Positions 27,646 to 37,671 of a stretch of DNA of 63,658 nucleotides are shown here, piece after piece. Every line of letters starts with the position of its first letter. The first letter of the stretch is position 1. The stretch is from Comamonadaceae bacterium (GTDB taxonomy: Bacteria > Pseudomonadota > Gammaproteobacteria > Burkholderiales > Burkholderiaceae_C): NCBI GenBank assembly GCA_947455935.1, contig CANGPV010000001.1, positions 1 through 63,658 of the forward strand, in the 5' to 3' direction. A program made the position numbers and the translations under genes. The notes under the pieces are model-generated. The model did no database searches, was not told the DNA's origin, and saw nothing but the letters and a program-made list of their open reading frames with translations.

Positions 27646-28755
27646 ATGGATTGCATTGCATGTGGAAAACCCATCTCCATCACCGCCAAGTTTTGCGGTA
27701 AGTGTGGTGCGCCTGTTAAACGCAGTGCCCAGCCCGTTGAAGTTGCTGTCAGCAACGAGGCAGTCGCTGAGCCAATAGCGCAGCCCCTGCCCGCTCAGGC
27801 CGAGTCCACCAACGTTGACGAATTGACTTTCACGCTCAGTCCCCCCGACCATATGACGGACATGCGTGACATCAATTTGGATTTGTCACCTCCACCCAGC
27901 GCACCCGTGATTGACCCTGCCCCAGCTGAGATGGAGCATCCAGTGGATCCCGAACGGTTCAAATCGTTTGAACAAACGCAGCACGACATCAAAAAAACCC
28001 TGGAAAAACATTCGCTGCTGCTGGACTTTATTTCCCTCACCTCGCAACAACAAAGCCATCAACAAACCCAGCCTGACCCGCTAGAACCCTTGGTCACCCA
28101 AGTTGCCCAGCAGCAAACCAGTTTGCAAAGCCAACTGACGCAATTGGCAGCCCTGATGTCGCACAACGAGGTACAGCAGCATTCACAACGCATGCCTGAA
28201 GAATTCAAACTTCAGTTAGAAAAGCAAAAAATCGAGATCCACAAACTGATGGCGCAAAGCTTGGCGCAAAACAACGAGAACCTCAAAGATGAACAACATG
28301 AGGTGATTGAACACCTGGAAAAACGCATCGAGGCCTACCACCAAGCCGCCCAGCAAAGCCTGGAAAAAAATATGGGTGCCCTTGCCTCAGGCATGAGCGA
28401 ACTCAAAACGCAGTTGCAAGCGATTCAGAAAAAAGCAGCCGACAAACCATCTGCAAAAACCATGTCTTCGTCTGACGCAGACAGCGATGGCGGAAGTTTC
28501 ATGATTTTTGTGATCGGTTTGTTGTGTGGACTCACAGTGGTACTGAGCTCTTTGGCTATCTACAACTTCCTCTCACACGAACCGCCTAAGGCTGATACCC
28601 CCAAATCAGACCATGCTGATAAGCACGACGCACCGGCTGATAAGCATGAAGCTCCTGCAGACAAGCATGCGGCTCCCGCAGAGAAACACGGCGCAACTGA
28701 CGAACACGGCGCTGCGGACAAACACGAGGCGCCAGCCAAGGCCAAATCACATTGA
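27646..28755 (+). CDS. Zinc-ribbon / coiled-coil / single-TM protein with His-rich repeat tail
   Basis: CIACG..AKFCGKCG ribbon, Gln/Glu-rich coiled coil, TM FMIFVIGLLCGLTVVLSSLAIY, DKHxAPA repeats. Confidence 0.75.
   Translation: MDCIACGKPISITAKFCGKCGAPVKRSAQPVEVAVSNEAVAEPIAQPLPAQAESTNVDELTFTLSPPDHMTDMRDINLDLSPPPSAPVIDPAPAEMEHPVDPERFKSFEQTQHDIKKTLEKHSLLLDFISLTSQQQSHQQTQPDPLEPLVTQVAQQQTSLQSQLTQLAALMSHNEVQQHSQRMPEEFKLQLEKQKIEIHKLMAQSLAQNNENLKDEQHEVIEHLEKRIEAYHQAAQQSLEKNMGALASGMSELKTQLQAIQKKAADKPSAKTMSSSDADSDGGSFMIFVIGLLCGLTVVLSSLAIYNFLSHEPPKADTPKSDHADKHDAPADKHEAPADKHAAPAEKHGATDEHGAADKHEAPAKAKSH
28615..28734 (+). repeat. Degenerate 21-bp coding tandem repeat (ADKHxAP)n
   Basis: gctgataagcacgacgcaccg / gctgataagcatgaagctcct / gcagacaagcatgcggctccc / gcagagaaacacggcgcaact / ... 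gcggacaaacacgaggcgcca. Confidence 0.85.
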
Positions 28756-28780
28756 TGCAAGTAAATTCTGAAAGCACTCC

Positions 28781-29440
28781 ATGATTTGCACCAGTTGCTA
28801 TTTCATCAACCCTAGCGAAAATGTGTTTTGCCAAAACTGTGGTTCGCAACTACCACATGTGCAAAACGAAAAGCCCAATATTTCGCCTCTGATTCTGGCT
28901 AACACGCTGGACAACAGTTCGTTGTTGATCTCTCGTGGTCCATGGGAAATGCGACTGGATTTGTCCATTCCGTTTTTACTCATTGCATTGGCAATTTACC
29001 TTGTCACGGGCAACCAAATTTACAGTTTGATTGCCCTTGGTGTGGGGCTTGCATTTGCGGTGTACAAAACCCACGATACACAGCAAATCATTCGGCAAAG
29101 CATTCCTGTTGAATTGATTAACAAGACCATCATTGCGTATGGTCCAGCGAATACATCCAATCGCTTTACGCTTCCCACTGGGGTCTTATATTTGCTCTCC
29201 GACGGCTTGTATTTCAAGTCCTTTGACAGCAACGAAGACATCTCTTTCATCCACATCGAAATCTCATTCACTGAAAGCGCCAAACGCATCAAAGGCTTGT
29301 CTTTGTTTGCTAACTGGCACGAAATTCAAATGAACAATGGCATGAATGAGCGATTCACCTTCACCGTGCAAAACGGCGGCGAATGGATGTTGCTGATGAA
29401 AGTATTGCGCAGTGAAATGATGCGCAAATCTATCGCCTAA
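28781..29440 (+). CDS. Zinc-ribbon membrane protein with possible PH/GRAM-like C-terminal domain
   Basis: CTSC..N....FCQNCG; two TM helices; GVLYLLSDGLYFKS...FTV....W. Confidence 0.65.
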   Translation: MICTSCYFINPSENVFCQNCGSQLPHVQNEKPNISPLILANTLDNSSLLISRGPWEMRLDLSIPFLLIALAIYLVTGNQIYSLIALGVGLAFAVYKTHDTQQIIRQSIPVELINKTIIAYGPANTSNRFTLPTGVLYLLSDGLYFKSFDSNEDISFIHIEISFTESAKRIKGLSLFANWHEIQMNNGMNERFTFTVQNGGEWMLLMKVLRSEMMRKSIA

Positions 29441-29446
29441 GCCTCT

Positions 29447-30787
29447 TCAGGCGGCAAACATCTTCTGCATCTCCATGCGAACACGATAGGCAGGCAAACT
29501 GGTGTCCATAGCCACATCGTCCCAGCAAAGGGACTGACCCTTTTTCACAGCACGTATTAACTTCACCTGGTGCGCCAAGCCCAAAGGCAGTCCACCCATG
29601 CGAGACGAGGTACTGGCTGGAAGTAACTTGCCCCACACGGTGTAGCCGCCCTCACCGTCCAGCATTTCTCCTGCCTTCAAATCACGCTTGGCTGTCGCCA
29701 CCACATCGGCCTTCCAGCTTTGTGCAACACCCGTGGGCTCACCCCGTAATGCCACACTGGCCACCGACATGCCCACTTCAAGGCCGATCAAATGCCAGCG
29801 CTTGTACAAAGTGAAATAACGACCCGTGGGGTCGGTGTGTGCGTTGTACTCTTCGAAACAGTTTTTGATGTAGTCGGTCTCGGCCTCCACCGTCACCCAC
29901 ACGCCCATGCGAATGTCGTAAGGAATGACACGCCCATTGGCTTCTAAGGAAGAAATAACTTCCACCATCCCTTTGTGCTCCAACACACCGCCCTCACTGA
30001 TGGGGCGCGTCACAAAAGGAATGTCTTCCACGCTGGCAGGCGGGTAAAGCAAACCATTGCTGGGAACATCCAAACCTGTGGCGTTGGCCACGGCTGTGCT
30101 TTCGATGGAGGGCTTGGAGCCATCTAAAAAACTATTGAACATTTTGGGGTTCAAGCCGCCACGCGTGGCTTGCTCTGGGGTGAGTCCGTAGTTGCCCCAA
30201 ACCGTGTCAGGTGTGGACTCACAAAAATGCGGCAACCACTTGTGACCGCGACCCGCAGCTACGACAGGGAAACCGCAGGTGCGTGCCCAGTCAACCAAAT
30301 CGCAAATCAATGCAGGTTGATCGCCAAAAGCCAAGGAATACACCACACCCGCCAACTGTGCTTTTCGCGCAAGCAAAGGGCCACAAAATGCATCTGCTTC
30401 CACGGTCACATTGACCACATGCTTGCCATGATCGAACGCAGCAAGGCAATGCTCGACCGCAGCGATAGGGTTGCCGGTACATTCCACGACCACATCGATG
30501 CGCGGGTCGCTCACCAGTGAGCGCCAATCTTCTGTGAGGTAAGTCTGTCGTAGCTGGAATGCTTCGTCTAAGGACTGGGCCTGGGATTGATGCGCAGGCC
30601 ACCCCACACGGGCCAAATTGGTTTTGGCACTCGCGACAGATAAATCAGCAATACCTGCCAAATGCACCCCAGGGGTTCGCGGGACTTGTGCCAAATACAT
30701 GGCGCCAAACTTTCCGGCACCAATCAAAGCGACACGGATAGGTTTGTTATCGCGTTCTCGTTGCTGCAGTTGAAGGTGCAAACTCAT
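29447..30787 (-). CDS. NAD(P)-dependent oxidoreductase with C-terminal SAF domain (COG4091-like)
   Basis: IGAGKFG, ECTGNP, VEADA, GDQPA, MFNSFLDGSK..IE..AVANA, AKRDLKAGE.LDGEGGY. Confidence 0.88.
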   Translation of the reverse strand: MSLHLQLQQRERDNKPIRVALIGAGKFGAMYLAQVPRTPGVHLAGIADLSVASAKTNLARVGWPAHQSQAQSLDEAFQLRQTYLTEDWRSLVSDPRIDVVVECTGNPIAAVEHCLAAFDHGKHVVNVTVEADAFCGPLLARKAQLAGVVYSLAFGDQPALICDLVDWARTCGFPVVAAGRGHKWLPHFCESTPDTVWGNYGLTPEQATRGGLNPKMFNSFLDGSKPSIESTAVANATGLDVPSNGLLYPPASVEDIPFVTRPISEGGVLEHKGMVEVISSLEANGRVIPYDIRMGVWVTVEAETDYIKNCFEEYNAHTDPTGRYFTLYKRWHLIGLEVGMSVASVALRGEPTGVAQSWKADVVATAKRDLKAGEMLDGEGGYTVWGKLLPASTSSRMGGLPLGLAHQVKLIRAVKKGQSLCWDDVAMDTSLPAYRVRMEMQKMFAA

Positions 30788-31665
30788 GCGGCTTCTTTGG
30801 TTTGGTCAAAAGGAACATCGGTGGTGACCAAAGCACTGGCGGGCAAACCATGGGCCCAAGGTAAATCAACGGGGTAAGACTTGGACAAGCAGTCATCGGG
30901 TAAGCACTCGATGGGGGTGAAGTCGCGGTGGGCGATGAACTCGGGGCGTTTGTGGCGACGGATATGGTTGCTGACGGCACACAAACTCAGGTAGACACTG
31001 ACGCGGTTCCAAGGCGACAAGTTGCTGGCTGAAGCGTGCACCAAACAACTGTGAAACAAAATCATGGAGCCTGCAGGGCCAGTGGGACTGACAATGCCGC
31101 CACGCTTGCCACCAGCGCGGTCGACCAGCTGGCTAATCAGATCGTTATCCACGGTCCATAAGGGGTAGCTGGTGGTGGTCAAGTCATGCTTGGCATCGAT
31201 CACGCCTTTTTTATGGCTGCCTGGAATGAACATTAATGGACCATTGAATTCGTTCACATCGTCCAAAAAAATGGCCACATTCATGGCGCGCTCGGTGGGC
31301 ATCATGTCGTCGTTGAGCCAAGTGCCGTAGTCTTGGTGCCACTGCCACACATCACCTTCAAAAGCCATCTTGCCGTTGATCTTGAATTGATGCATGTAGA
31401 GCTTTTCGCCAAACAAGTCTTCAACAGGCTCGATCATGCGGGGATGTCGTGCTAATTTGGCAAAGGGCTCGCTGTACATGTGTGCAGCAAAATTGGTGCG
31501 AACCGCATCCTTGCCCTTTTCCCGAACGTTGAATGCTTCACGACGGCTGTAGAGGCGAGGAACTTCTTCCACCATGACACGGGTTTCTTCTGGGTTGAAT
31601 AAACCAGGAAAAAACAAATAACCTTCTTTGTCAAATTGCTCATGCTGCGCTGGCGTCAATTTCAT
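30784..31665 (-). CDS. Fe(II)/2-oxoglutarate dioxygenase, PhyH family (EctD-like, not canonical EctD)
   Basis: HQFKINGK, WHQD (HxD), NGPLMFIPGSH, distal His in LVHAS, WNR; lacks the EctD WHSDFETWH signature. Confidence 0.88.
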   Translation of the reverse strand: MKLTPAQHEQFDKEGYLFFPGLFNPEETRVMVEEVPRLYSRREAFNVREKGKDAVRTNFAAHMYSEPFAKLARHPRMIEPVEDLFGEKLYMHQFKINGKMAFEGDVWQWHQDYGTWLNDDMMPTERAMNVAIFLDDVNEFNGPLMFIPGSHKKGVIDAKHDLTTTSYPLWTVDNDLISQLVDRAGGKRGGIVSPTGPAGSMILFHSCLVHASASNLSPWNRVSVYLSLCAVSNHIRRHKRPEFIAHRDFTPIECLPDDCLSKSYPVDLPWAHGLPASALVTTDVPFDQTKEAA

Positions 31666-31797
31666 GGGTGCTCCTCAAGTCCTGAATTCTGAATTCTTGG
31701 AATTATCGCTATTTCTATCGGTATTCCTTGACGAAGGTAGGCCATGGTTAGACATAATCCGTACATTCTTGTCACCTATGCGCCTGGAGCGACTCTG

Positions 31798-32235
31798 ATG
31801 AAATTCATCCTTCCCCTTTTGTCTAGCTTGCTTTTGTGTTTAAGTGCTGCTTTGGCTGCCGATATTTCAGACGGGAACGGACCACCTGACCTCGAGTCAG
31901 CCAAAACCTTGATTGCCAAAAAGGACTGGCACTCAGCTGTTACCAACCTAGAAAAATTCGTCAAAGCCAATCCTAATAATGCCGATGGATTCAACCTCTT
32001 AGGCTTTAGCTTGCGTAACCTCAAGCGCTATCCCGAAGCTATCTTCAATTACAAAGAAGCATTGCGCATAGACCCCGACCACCGAGGTGCGCATGAATAT
32101 TTAGGTCAAACCTATGTACAAACCAAGCAACTCGATAAAGCCAAGGAGTTGCTGGCTTCGCTTGAAAAAATATGTGGTGTGCAATGCGAGGAATACCTCG
32201 ATTTGAAAAAAGCCATCGAGAAAGCTAAGAAGTAA
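31798..32235 (+). CDS. Exported TPR protein
   Basis: GGAG RBS, signal peptide, [30 protein letters not shown]-terminal C...CEEY. Confidence 0.85.
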   Translation: MKFILPLLSSLLLCLSAALAADISDGNGPPDLESAKTLIAKKDWHSAVTNLEKFVKANPNNADGFNLLGFSLRNLKRYPEAIFNYKEALRIDPDHRGAHEYLGQTYVQTKQLDKAKELLASLEKICGVQCEEYLDLKKAIEKAKK

Positions 32236-32704
32236 CCGTCGGCGGTTTAAGCGGCAAAGCTGTTTTGTAACGCACTTGTTTGAGAGCAAAACTGCTGCGG
32301 ATTTTTTCGACCCCTGGGATAGGTGAGAGTTGCTCCAAGATAAATTTCTCTAAGGCCGCCATATCGGTAATGGCCACTCTGATGAGGTAATCCGAGTCGC
32401 CTGTCATGAGGTAACACTCCATCACCTCGTCATGGTCTGCAATTCGCCGCTCAAACTCGGCTAACGTTTGCTTGGACTGCTCTTTCAAACTGATGGAGAT
32501 AAAGACATTCAAACCCAAGCCCAAGGCCTTGGGTTCTGTGAGCGCCACATATTTTTGAATCACGCCCGTCGCCTCCAAGGCTTTCACACGGTTCAAGCAG
32601 GGCGAGGGGGAGAGATGCACCCGCTTGGCGAGCTCGACATTGGTGATGGCGCTGTCATCCTGCAACTGCGCCAATATTTTGTAATCCACCAAATCTAAAG
32701 GCAT
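32225..32704 (-). CDS. Lrp/AsnC regulator (MdeR-like), divergent from mdeB
   Basis: [36 protein letters not shown]. Confidence 0.93.
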   Translation of the reverse strand: MPLDLVDYKILAQLQDDSAITNVELAKRVHLSPSPCLNRVKALEATGVIQKYVALTEPKALGLGLNVFISISLKEQSKQTLAEFERRIADHDEVMECYLMTGDSDYLIRVAITDMAALEKFILEQLSPIPGVEKIRSSFALKQVRYKTALPLKPPTVTS

Positions 32705-32809
32705 TTAATTCTCCAAAATATCTTTTAACAATATTTTATGCTTTAAATATCACCTAAAAGATCATAGAAAAAACACATATTCTGAGGGTAGCAAGCTATA
32801 TTGAGCGTC

Positions 32810-35437
32810 ATGAATAAACCCCTGCTCCCCCAACACCTGCTGCCCATTGGCACCGACAGCGACCCGCAAGAAACCGCAGAATGGCGTGATGCTTTCCATG
32901 CCGTGGTGGCGCAGCATGGCGCAGAACGTGCGGGCTATTTGCTTGATCAACTGGTGGCCTTGGCCCATCAAAACCAGTTGGACTGGTCACCCGAGTTGGT
33001 CACGCCTTACGTCAACACCATTGCCGTTGACGCACAAACCCCTTTTCCGGGTGACTTGGCTGTCGAAGAAAAGATCGCCTCCATCATGCGCTGGAACGCC
33101 TTGGCCATGGTGGCACGTGCCAATGCAGCTTATGGTGAATTGGGAGGCCACATCGCGAGTTATGCCAGTGCCGCTGATTTGTTCGAGGTGGGGTTTAACC
33201 ACTTTTTCCAAGCCCGCAATGAACATCAAGGCGGTGACTTGGTGTTTTTTCAACCCCACAGCGCACCGGGGGTGTATGCACGTGCTTTTTTAGAGGGACG
33301 CCTGAGCGAGCAAGATTTGGCGCATTACCGACAAGAGCTCAGCGCTCCCCAATCGGGAGCGCGCGGCTTATCAAGCTACCCTCACCCTTGGTTGATGCCC
33401 GACTTTTGGCAATTTCCCACCGGCTCCATGGGGCTGGGTCCCATCAGCTCGATTTACCACGCCAGATTTATGCGTTATTTGTCACACCGACAGCTGCAAG
33501 ACTGCAGCCAGCGCAAGGTGTGGGGCGTGTTTGGCGACGGCGAAATGGATGAACCCGAGAGCATGAGCGCTTTGACCTTGGCTTCACGCGAAAAATTGGA
33601 TAACTTGGTCTGGGTGGTGAACTGCAATTTGCAGCGCTTGGATGGTCCCGTGCGAGGCAATGGCCGCATCATCGATGAGCTGGAGAAACTTTTTCGCGGT
33701 GCGGGTTGGAATGTCATCAAGCTGATCTGGGGCAGCGACTGGGACGGTTTATTTGCCCGAGACACACAACACGCCTTGGTGAAAGCGTTTGCCAACACCG
33801 TCGATGGGCAAATGCAAACTTTTGCAGCCAAAGATGGTCGCTTTAACCGCGACAATTTCTTTGGTCAGAACCCCGAGTTGTCGCAACTGGCACAAGGTTT
33901 GACCGATGAACAAATTGACCGCCTCAAGCGCGGCGGTCATGACATGGTGAAAATTCACGCCGCTTATGCCGCCGCTGCCAGCCATACAGGACAGCCCACG
34001 GTGATCTTGGCGCACACCAAAAAAGGCTACGGCATGGGGCAAGCGGGTCAAGGCAAGATGACCACCCACAGCCAGAAGAAACTGGACGACACCGCGCTGC
34101 TGGAGTTTCGCAACCGCTTCAACTTACCCTTGAGCGACCAACAGGCCACAGAGCTGGCCTTTTTCAAGCCTGCACCCGACAGCGCTGAAATGAGCTACCT
34201 GCATCAACGGCGTCAACACCTGGGTGGTTATTTACCCAAGCGAGAAACAGATTGCCACACCGTTGCCGTCCCAGAGATGGGCAGCTATGCCAACTTTGCC
34301 ATTGAAGCCGCTGGCAAAGAAATGTCCACCACCATGGCCTTTGTACGTTTGCTGGGCAATTTGATGAAAGACCCCGAACTAGGGCCGCGCATTGTGCCCA
34401 TCGTGGCGGACGAGGCGCGTACCTTTGGCATGGCGAACTTGTTCAAACAGGTAGGTATTTATTCCAGCGTGGGACAAAAATACGAGCCCGAAGACATTGG
34501 TTCGGTGCTGAGTTACCGCGAAGCGATGGATGGTCAAATTTTGGAAGAAGGTATCAGCGAAGCGGGTGCGATTGCCAGTTGGACCGCGGCTGCCACCAGC
34601 TACAGCGTGCATGGTTTGGCCATGCTGCCTTTTTACATTTACTACTCCATGTTTGGTTTCCAACGGGTAGGAGACGCCATTTGGGCTGCGGCCGACCAAC
34701 GTGCCAGAGGATTTTTATTGGGTGCAACTTCGGGCCGCACCACCTTAGGTGGCGAAGGCTTGCAACACCAAGACGGCTCCAGCCACTTGGTGGCGGCCAC
34801 CATCCCCAATTGCAAGGCCTACGACCCCGCATTTGCCTGTGAGATGGCGGTCATCGTCGACCAGGGAATGCGTGACATGATGGTTGAACAACGTGATGTT
34901 TTTTACTACATCACCCTGATGAACGAGAACTACGCGCAGCCGGATATGGTGGCAGGTTCACGTGAGCATATTTTGCAAGGAATGTATCTGCTGGCCGACA
35001 ACCGCAAGACCTTGAAAAAAGCAGCACCTGTGGTCACCTTGCTGGGTTCGGGGGCGATATTGCGAGAAGTGGTGCAAGCTGCTCAACTGTTAGCGAACGA
35101 AGGTATCGCCTCTCAAATCTTCAGCGTCACCAGTTGGAGCGAGTTGGCCCGAGAAGGCCAAACATGCGAAGAGGCCACGCTGTTTGGCAACACCTTGGCA
35201 ACCCCGTTTGTGGCTTCCCAACTGCAACCCACACAGGGACCGGTGATTGCGGCCACCGACTATGTCAAGGCTGTGCCTGAAAGTATCCGAGCCTATCTGC
35301 CAGAGGGTAGACGTTATGTGACCTTAGGCACCGATGGCTTTGGTCGCAGCGATACACGTGCGCAATTACGGTCGTTTTTCAAAGTCGATGCTGCACACAT
35401 CGCCCAAGCGGCTCGCAGCGCCTTGGCTCAGGCGTGA
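32810..35437 (+). CDS. mdeB: Homodimeric 2-oxoacid dehydrogenase E1 (AceE paralogue, MdeB type)
   Basis: GGHIASYAS, SSYPHP, FPTGSMGLGP, GDGEMDEPES, NCNLQRLDGPVRGN, DEARTFG, GEGLQHQDG, LGTDGFGRSD; no E2/E3 adjacent, Lrp divergent. Confidence 0.85.
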   Translation: MNKPLLPQHLLPIGTDSDPQETAEWRDAFHAVVAQHGAERAGYLLDQLVALAHQNQLDWSPELVTPYVNTIAVDAQTPFPGDLAVEEKIASIMRWNALAMVARANAAYGELGGHIASYASAADLFEVGFNHFFQARNEHQGGDLVFFQPHSAPGVYARAFLEGRLSEQDLAHYRQELSAPQSGARGLSSYPHPWLMPDFWQFPTGSMGLGPISSIYHARFMRYLSHRQLQDCSQRKVWGVFGDGEMDEPESMSALTLASREKLDNLVWVVNCNLQRLDGPVRGNGRIIDELEKLFRGAGWNVIKLIWGSDWDGLFARDTQHALVKAFANTVDGQMQTFAAKDGRFNRDNFFGQNPELSQLAQGLTDEQIDRLKRGGHDMVKIHAAYAAAASHTGQPTVILAHTKKGYGMGQAGQGKMTTHSQKKLDDTALLEFRNRFNLPLSDQQATELAFFKPAPDSAEMSYLHQRRQHLGGYLPKRETDCHTVAVPEMGSYANFAIEAAGKEMSTTMAFVRLLGNLMKDPELGPRIVPIVADEARTFGMANLFKQVGIYSSVGQKYEPEDIGSVLSYREAMDGQILEEGISEAGAIASWTAAATSYSVHGLAMLPFYIYYSMFGFQRVGDAIWAAADQRARGFLLGATSGRTTLGGEGLQHQDGSSHLVAATIPNCKAYDPAFACEMAVIVDQGMRDMMVEQRDVFYYITLMNENYAQPDMVAGSREHILQGMYLLADNRKTLKKAAPVVTLLGSGAILREVVQAAQLLANEGIASQIFSVTSWSELAREGQTCEEATLFGNTLATPFVASQLQPTQGPVIAATDYVKAVPESIRAYLPEGRRYVTLGTDGFGRSDTRAQLRSFFKVDAAHIAQAARSALAQA

Positions 35438-36510
35438 CGCTTTTCAAATGCAAACATATAGTCGCGCAAAGTTTGCACGGCTGACAAGGGCATGGCGTTG
35501 TAAATGGAAGCCCGCATACCGCCTGCAATGCGATGACCTCTCAGCTGAACCATGCCTTGGGCCTCAGCGTCTTGGAGGAACTCGGCATTCAAAGTTTCAT
35601 CTCGCAAAAAGAAAGTGACATTCATGCGAGAGCGATCAGCAGGGGCAACACGGTTGCTAAAAAACGCACTGTGGTCCAGAAAGTCGTAAAGCAAAGCTGA
35701 CTTGGCTTGGTTCAACTCGGCCATGGCTTTCAAGCCACCCTCCTGCTGTATGTGTTGTAACACCAAGCCCATGATGTAAATCGCATAGGTGGGCGGTGTA
35801 TTCACCATGGAGTCATGCTCAGCTTGCAGTTGGTAGTTGAATGCCGAAGGTGTGATGGGCAAAGCATGGCCCCATAAATCTCTGCGAACAATCACCAAAG
35901 TCACCCCTGACGGTCCCATGTTCTTTTGCGCCCCTGCATAAATCAATCCATAACGAGACACATCAACAGGGCGCGACATGATGTTGGACGACATATCAGC
36001 CACCAAGGGAATGTCCCCCACGTCAGGCGTCCAATGGCACTCCACCCCGCCAATCGTTTCATTGCTGCAAAAGTGCACATAAGAAGGGTCATCAGAGAGT
36101 TTCCATTCGGCTTGCGAAGGCATGCATTGGAAACCCAGAGCTTCTGAAGTTGCCGCCGTGTGAACCTGCCCATAACGTGCAGCTTCTTGCTGTGACTTAA
36201 GCGACCAAGTGCCACTCACCACATAGTCGGCTTGCCCCGTTTTACCTATCAGGTTCATGGGAACAATAGCGTTCTCAGCAATCGCACCACCTTGCAAGAG
36301 CAACACCGCATAGTTATCGGGAATGCCTAACAAGTTTTTGAGCAAGGCTTGGGTGTTGGCCAAGATGTGCATGAACTCAGGTCCACGGTGGCTCATCTCC
36401 ATCACCGACATGCCACTCCCTTGCCAGTTCAGCATTTCACTGGCAGCCTGGCGTAAAACGGTCTCGGGCAGGCTGGCAGGTCCAGAACTGAAATTGATGA
36501 CGCGGCTCAT
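35428..36510 (-). CDS. serC: Phosphoserine aminotransferase
   Basis: NFSSGPA, MEMSHR, NETIGG, DMSS, AGAQKNMGP, NTPPT, GHR..GGMRASIYNA. Confidence 0.96.
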   Translation of the reverse strand: MSRVINFSSGPASLPETVLRQAASEMLNWQGSGMSVMEMSHRGPEFMHILANTQALLKNLLGIPDNYAVLLLQGGAIAENAIVPMNLIGKTGQADYVVSGTWSLKSQQEAARYGQVHTAATSEALGFQCMPSQAEWKLSDDPSYVHFCSNETIGGVECHWTPDVGDIPLVADMSSNIMSRPVDVSRYGLIYAGAQKNMGPSGVTLVIVRRDLWGHALPITPSAFNYQLQAEHDSMVNTPPTYAIYIMGLVLQHIQQEGGLKAMAELNQAKSALLYDFLDHSAFFSNRVAPADRSRMNVTFFLRDETLNAEFLQDAEAQGMVQLRGHRIAGGMRASIYNAMPLSAVQTLRDYMFAFEKRHA

Positions 36511-36560
36511 GAGGTCTTAAGTGGTTAGCAAAACCGCCATTGTGCCTGTCTCAGCAAGCG

Positions 36561-37580
36561 CTAGCGGGTGGCGATTCGCTCAGACAGGTCGATACCCTCT
36601 TGCTTGGCTACGCGCTCCAAGGCCTCTTCAAACAAAGCTCTTGCAGTACCAGAGACTGCTGACAGGTATGCGTGCAGCTTGGCATCATCTTGGGAGCTGT
36701 TGAGGCATTCGCTGCTGTACTTCTCAAAACTGCTGAGCTGGGAAATCAACTCGGCCACGTGCCGCGGACATTCGCACAGCACTTGGGTTGGAATGGCAGC
36801 CACACGTTGCAAAACTTGGTCAGAGTAGCGGCGTGCGGGTATGGTTTTGGCGGACAACTGTGACAAATGTCGAGACGGATCCACAAACAACACCGACTGC
36901 ATGATGTCACTCAAATCGGTATCCGATACGGGCTCACGTCTGAGTAAAAAGCCAGCGTCTTTAAGCGTTTGCAACACGCTTTCAGAGGCATAGCGGTAAA
37001 TCAACAGCCCTTTGCTGACCTGTAACTGCCTCTGAAGACGCAAAATATCGTCTGCTCCATTGGTTTGTACCGACGATTGATGCAATACCAACATGGTTGA
37101 GGCATCGTCTACCTGAGGAATCTCGGCGCTGGACAAAGCATCTTGCAGGTCGGTAAAAACTTGCACCACCTTTAAGCTCGCGCGCCCAAAAGTGAGCGTG
37201 AATTTTTGGGTTTCTATGCGACTGGCCAAGCTATAACCTACGACCACCAAAGAAATGACCGCGGGCAATACCTGACGGGCAGAATGCACTTGCATGGCCT
37301 GACGCGATTCGTTCAACAAGCTTTGCAGCGACGACATATCCATGTCAGCCAAGGTGCTGATAGCGTGCCCTTGTTGCGTCAGGCTCTTCAACAAAGTGAC
37401 TTTGAGTACCTCTTGGTCACTGTAAAGACGGTGGCCGCCTTCTGTTTTGGGGGGCGTAACTACACCGTAGCGACGCTCCCAGACCCTCAGCGTTGCCACA
37501 GGCAAACCAGCCAACTTGGCTACTGCGCCAATTCTGTAGCGACCTTGATGGGGATCAGAAAGATTGTTAGCAGAGGACAT
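36561..37580 (-). CDS. MerR-family regulator with C-terminal CECPxH domain
   Basis: YRIGAVAKL.G....LRVWERRYG...P..TEGGHRLYS; C-terminal CECPRHVAELI..FE.YS.EC..LH..L. Confidence 0.88.
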   Translation of the reverse strand: MSSANNLSDPHQGRYRIGAVAKLAGLPVATLRVWERRYGVVTPPKTEGGHRLYSDQEVLKVTLLKSLTQQGHAISTLADMDMSSLQSLLNESRQAMQVHSARQVLPAVISLVVVGYSLASRIETQKFTLTFGRASLKVVQVFTDLQDALSSAEIPQVDDASTMLVLHQSSVQTNGADDILRLQRQLQVSKGLLIYRYASESVLQTLKDAGFLLRREPVSDTDLSDIMQSVLFVDPSRHLSQLSAKTIPARRYSDQVLQRVAAIPTQVLCECPRHVAELISQLSSFEKYSSECLNSSQDDAKLHAYLSAVSGTARALFEEALERVAKQEGIDLSERIATR

Positions 37581-37658
37581 TTTTTACCTTTAAATCATTT
37601 TTGAATAGGTTTTGAGTCAATATTACCTTGTAAATTCATCTAATTTTCAATTTATTGT

Positions 37659-37671
37659 TTGATTAAATCAA
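37659..37671. promoter_or_regulatory. Palindrome TTGATT-A-AATCAA in the AT-rich divergent MerR/Rrf2 promoter region
   Basis: Perfect inverted repeat; one base short of an FNR box; candidate operator. Confidence 0.35.

Noticed and set aside
28615-28734. CRISPR-like or DNA-level repeat array
   Set aside because: Units are in-frame, degenerate at synonymous positions and have no unique spacers; this is a protein repeat.
30784-31665. Calling this gene ectD
   Set aside because: Lacks the EctD signature, and no ectoine synthesis genes are nearby.
32810-35437. Calling this gene aceE (main pyruvate dehydrogenase)
   Set aside because: No aceF/lpd adjacent; the divergent Lrp regulator fits the MdeB-type paralogue.
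37659-37671. FNR box
   Set aside because: The spacer is 3 nt (TTGAT-N3-ATCAA) rather than the required 4; kept only as a generic palindrome.
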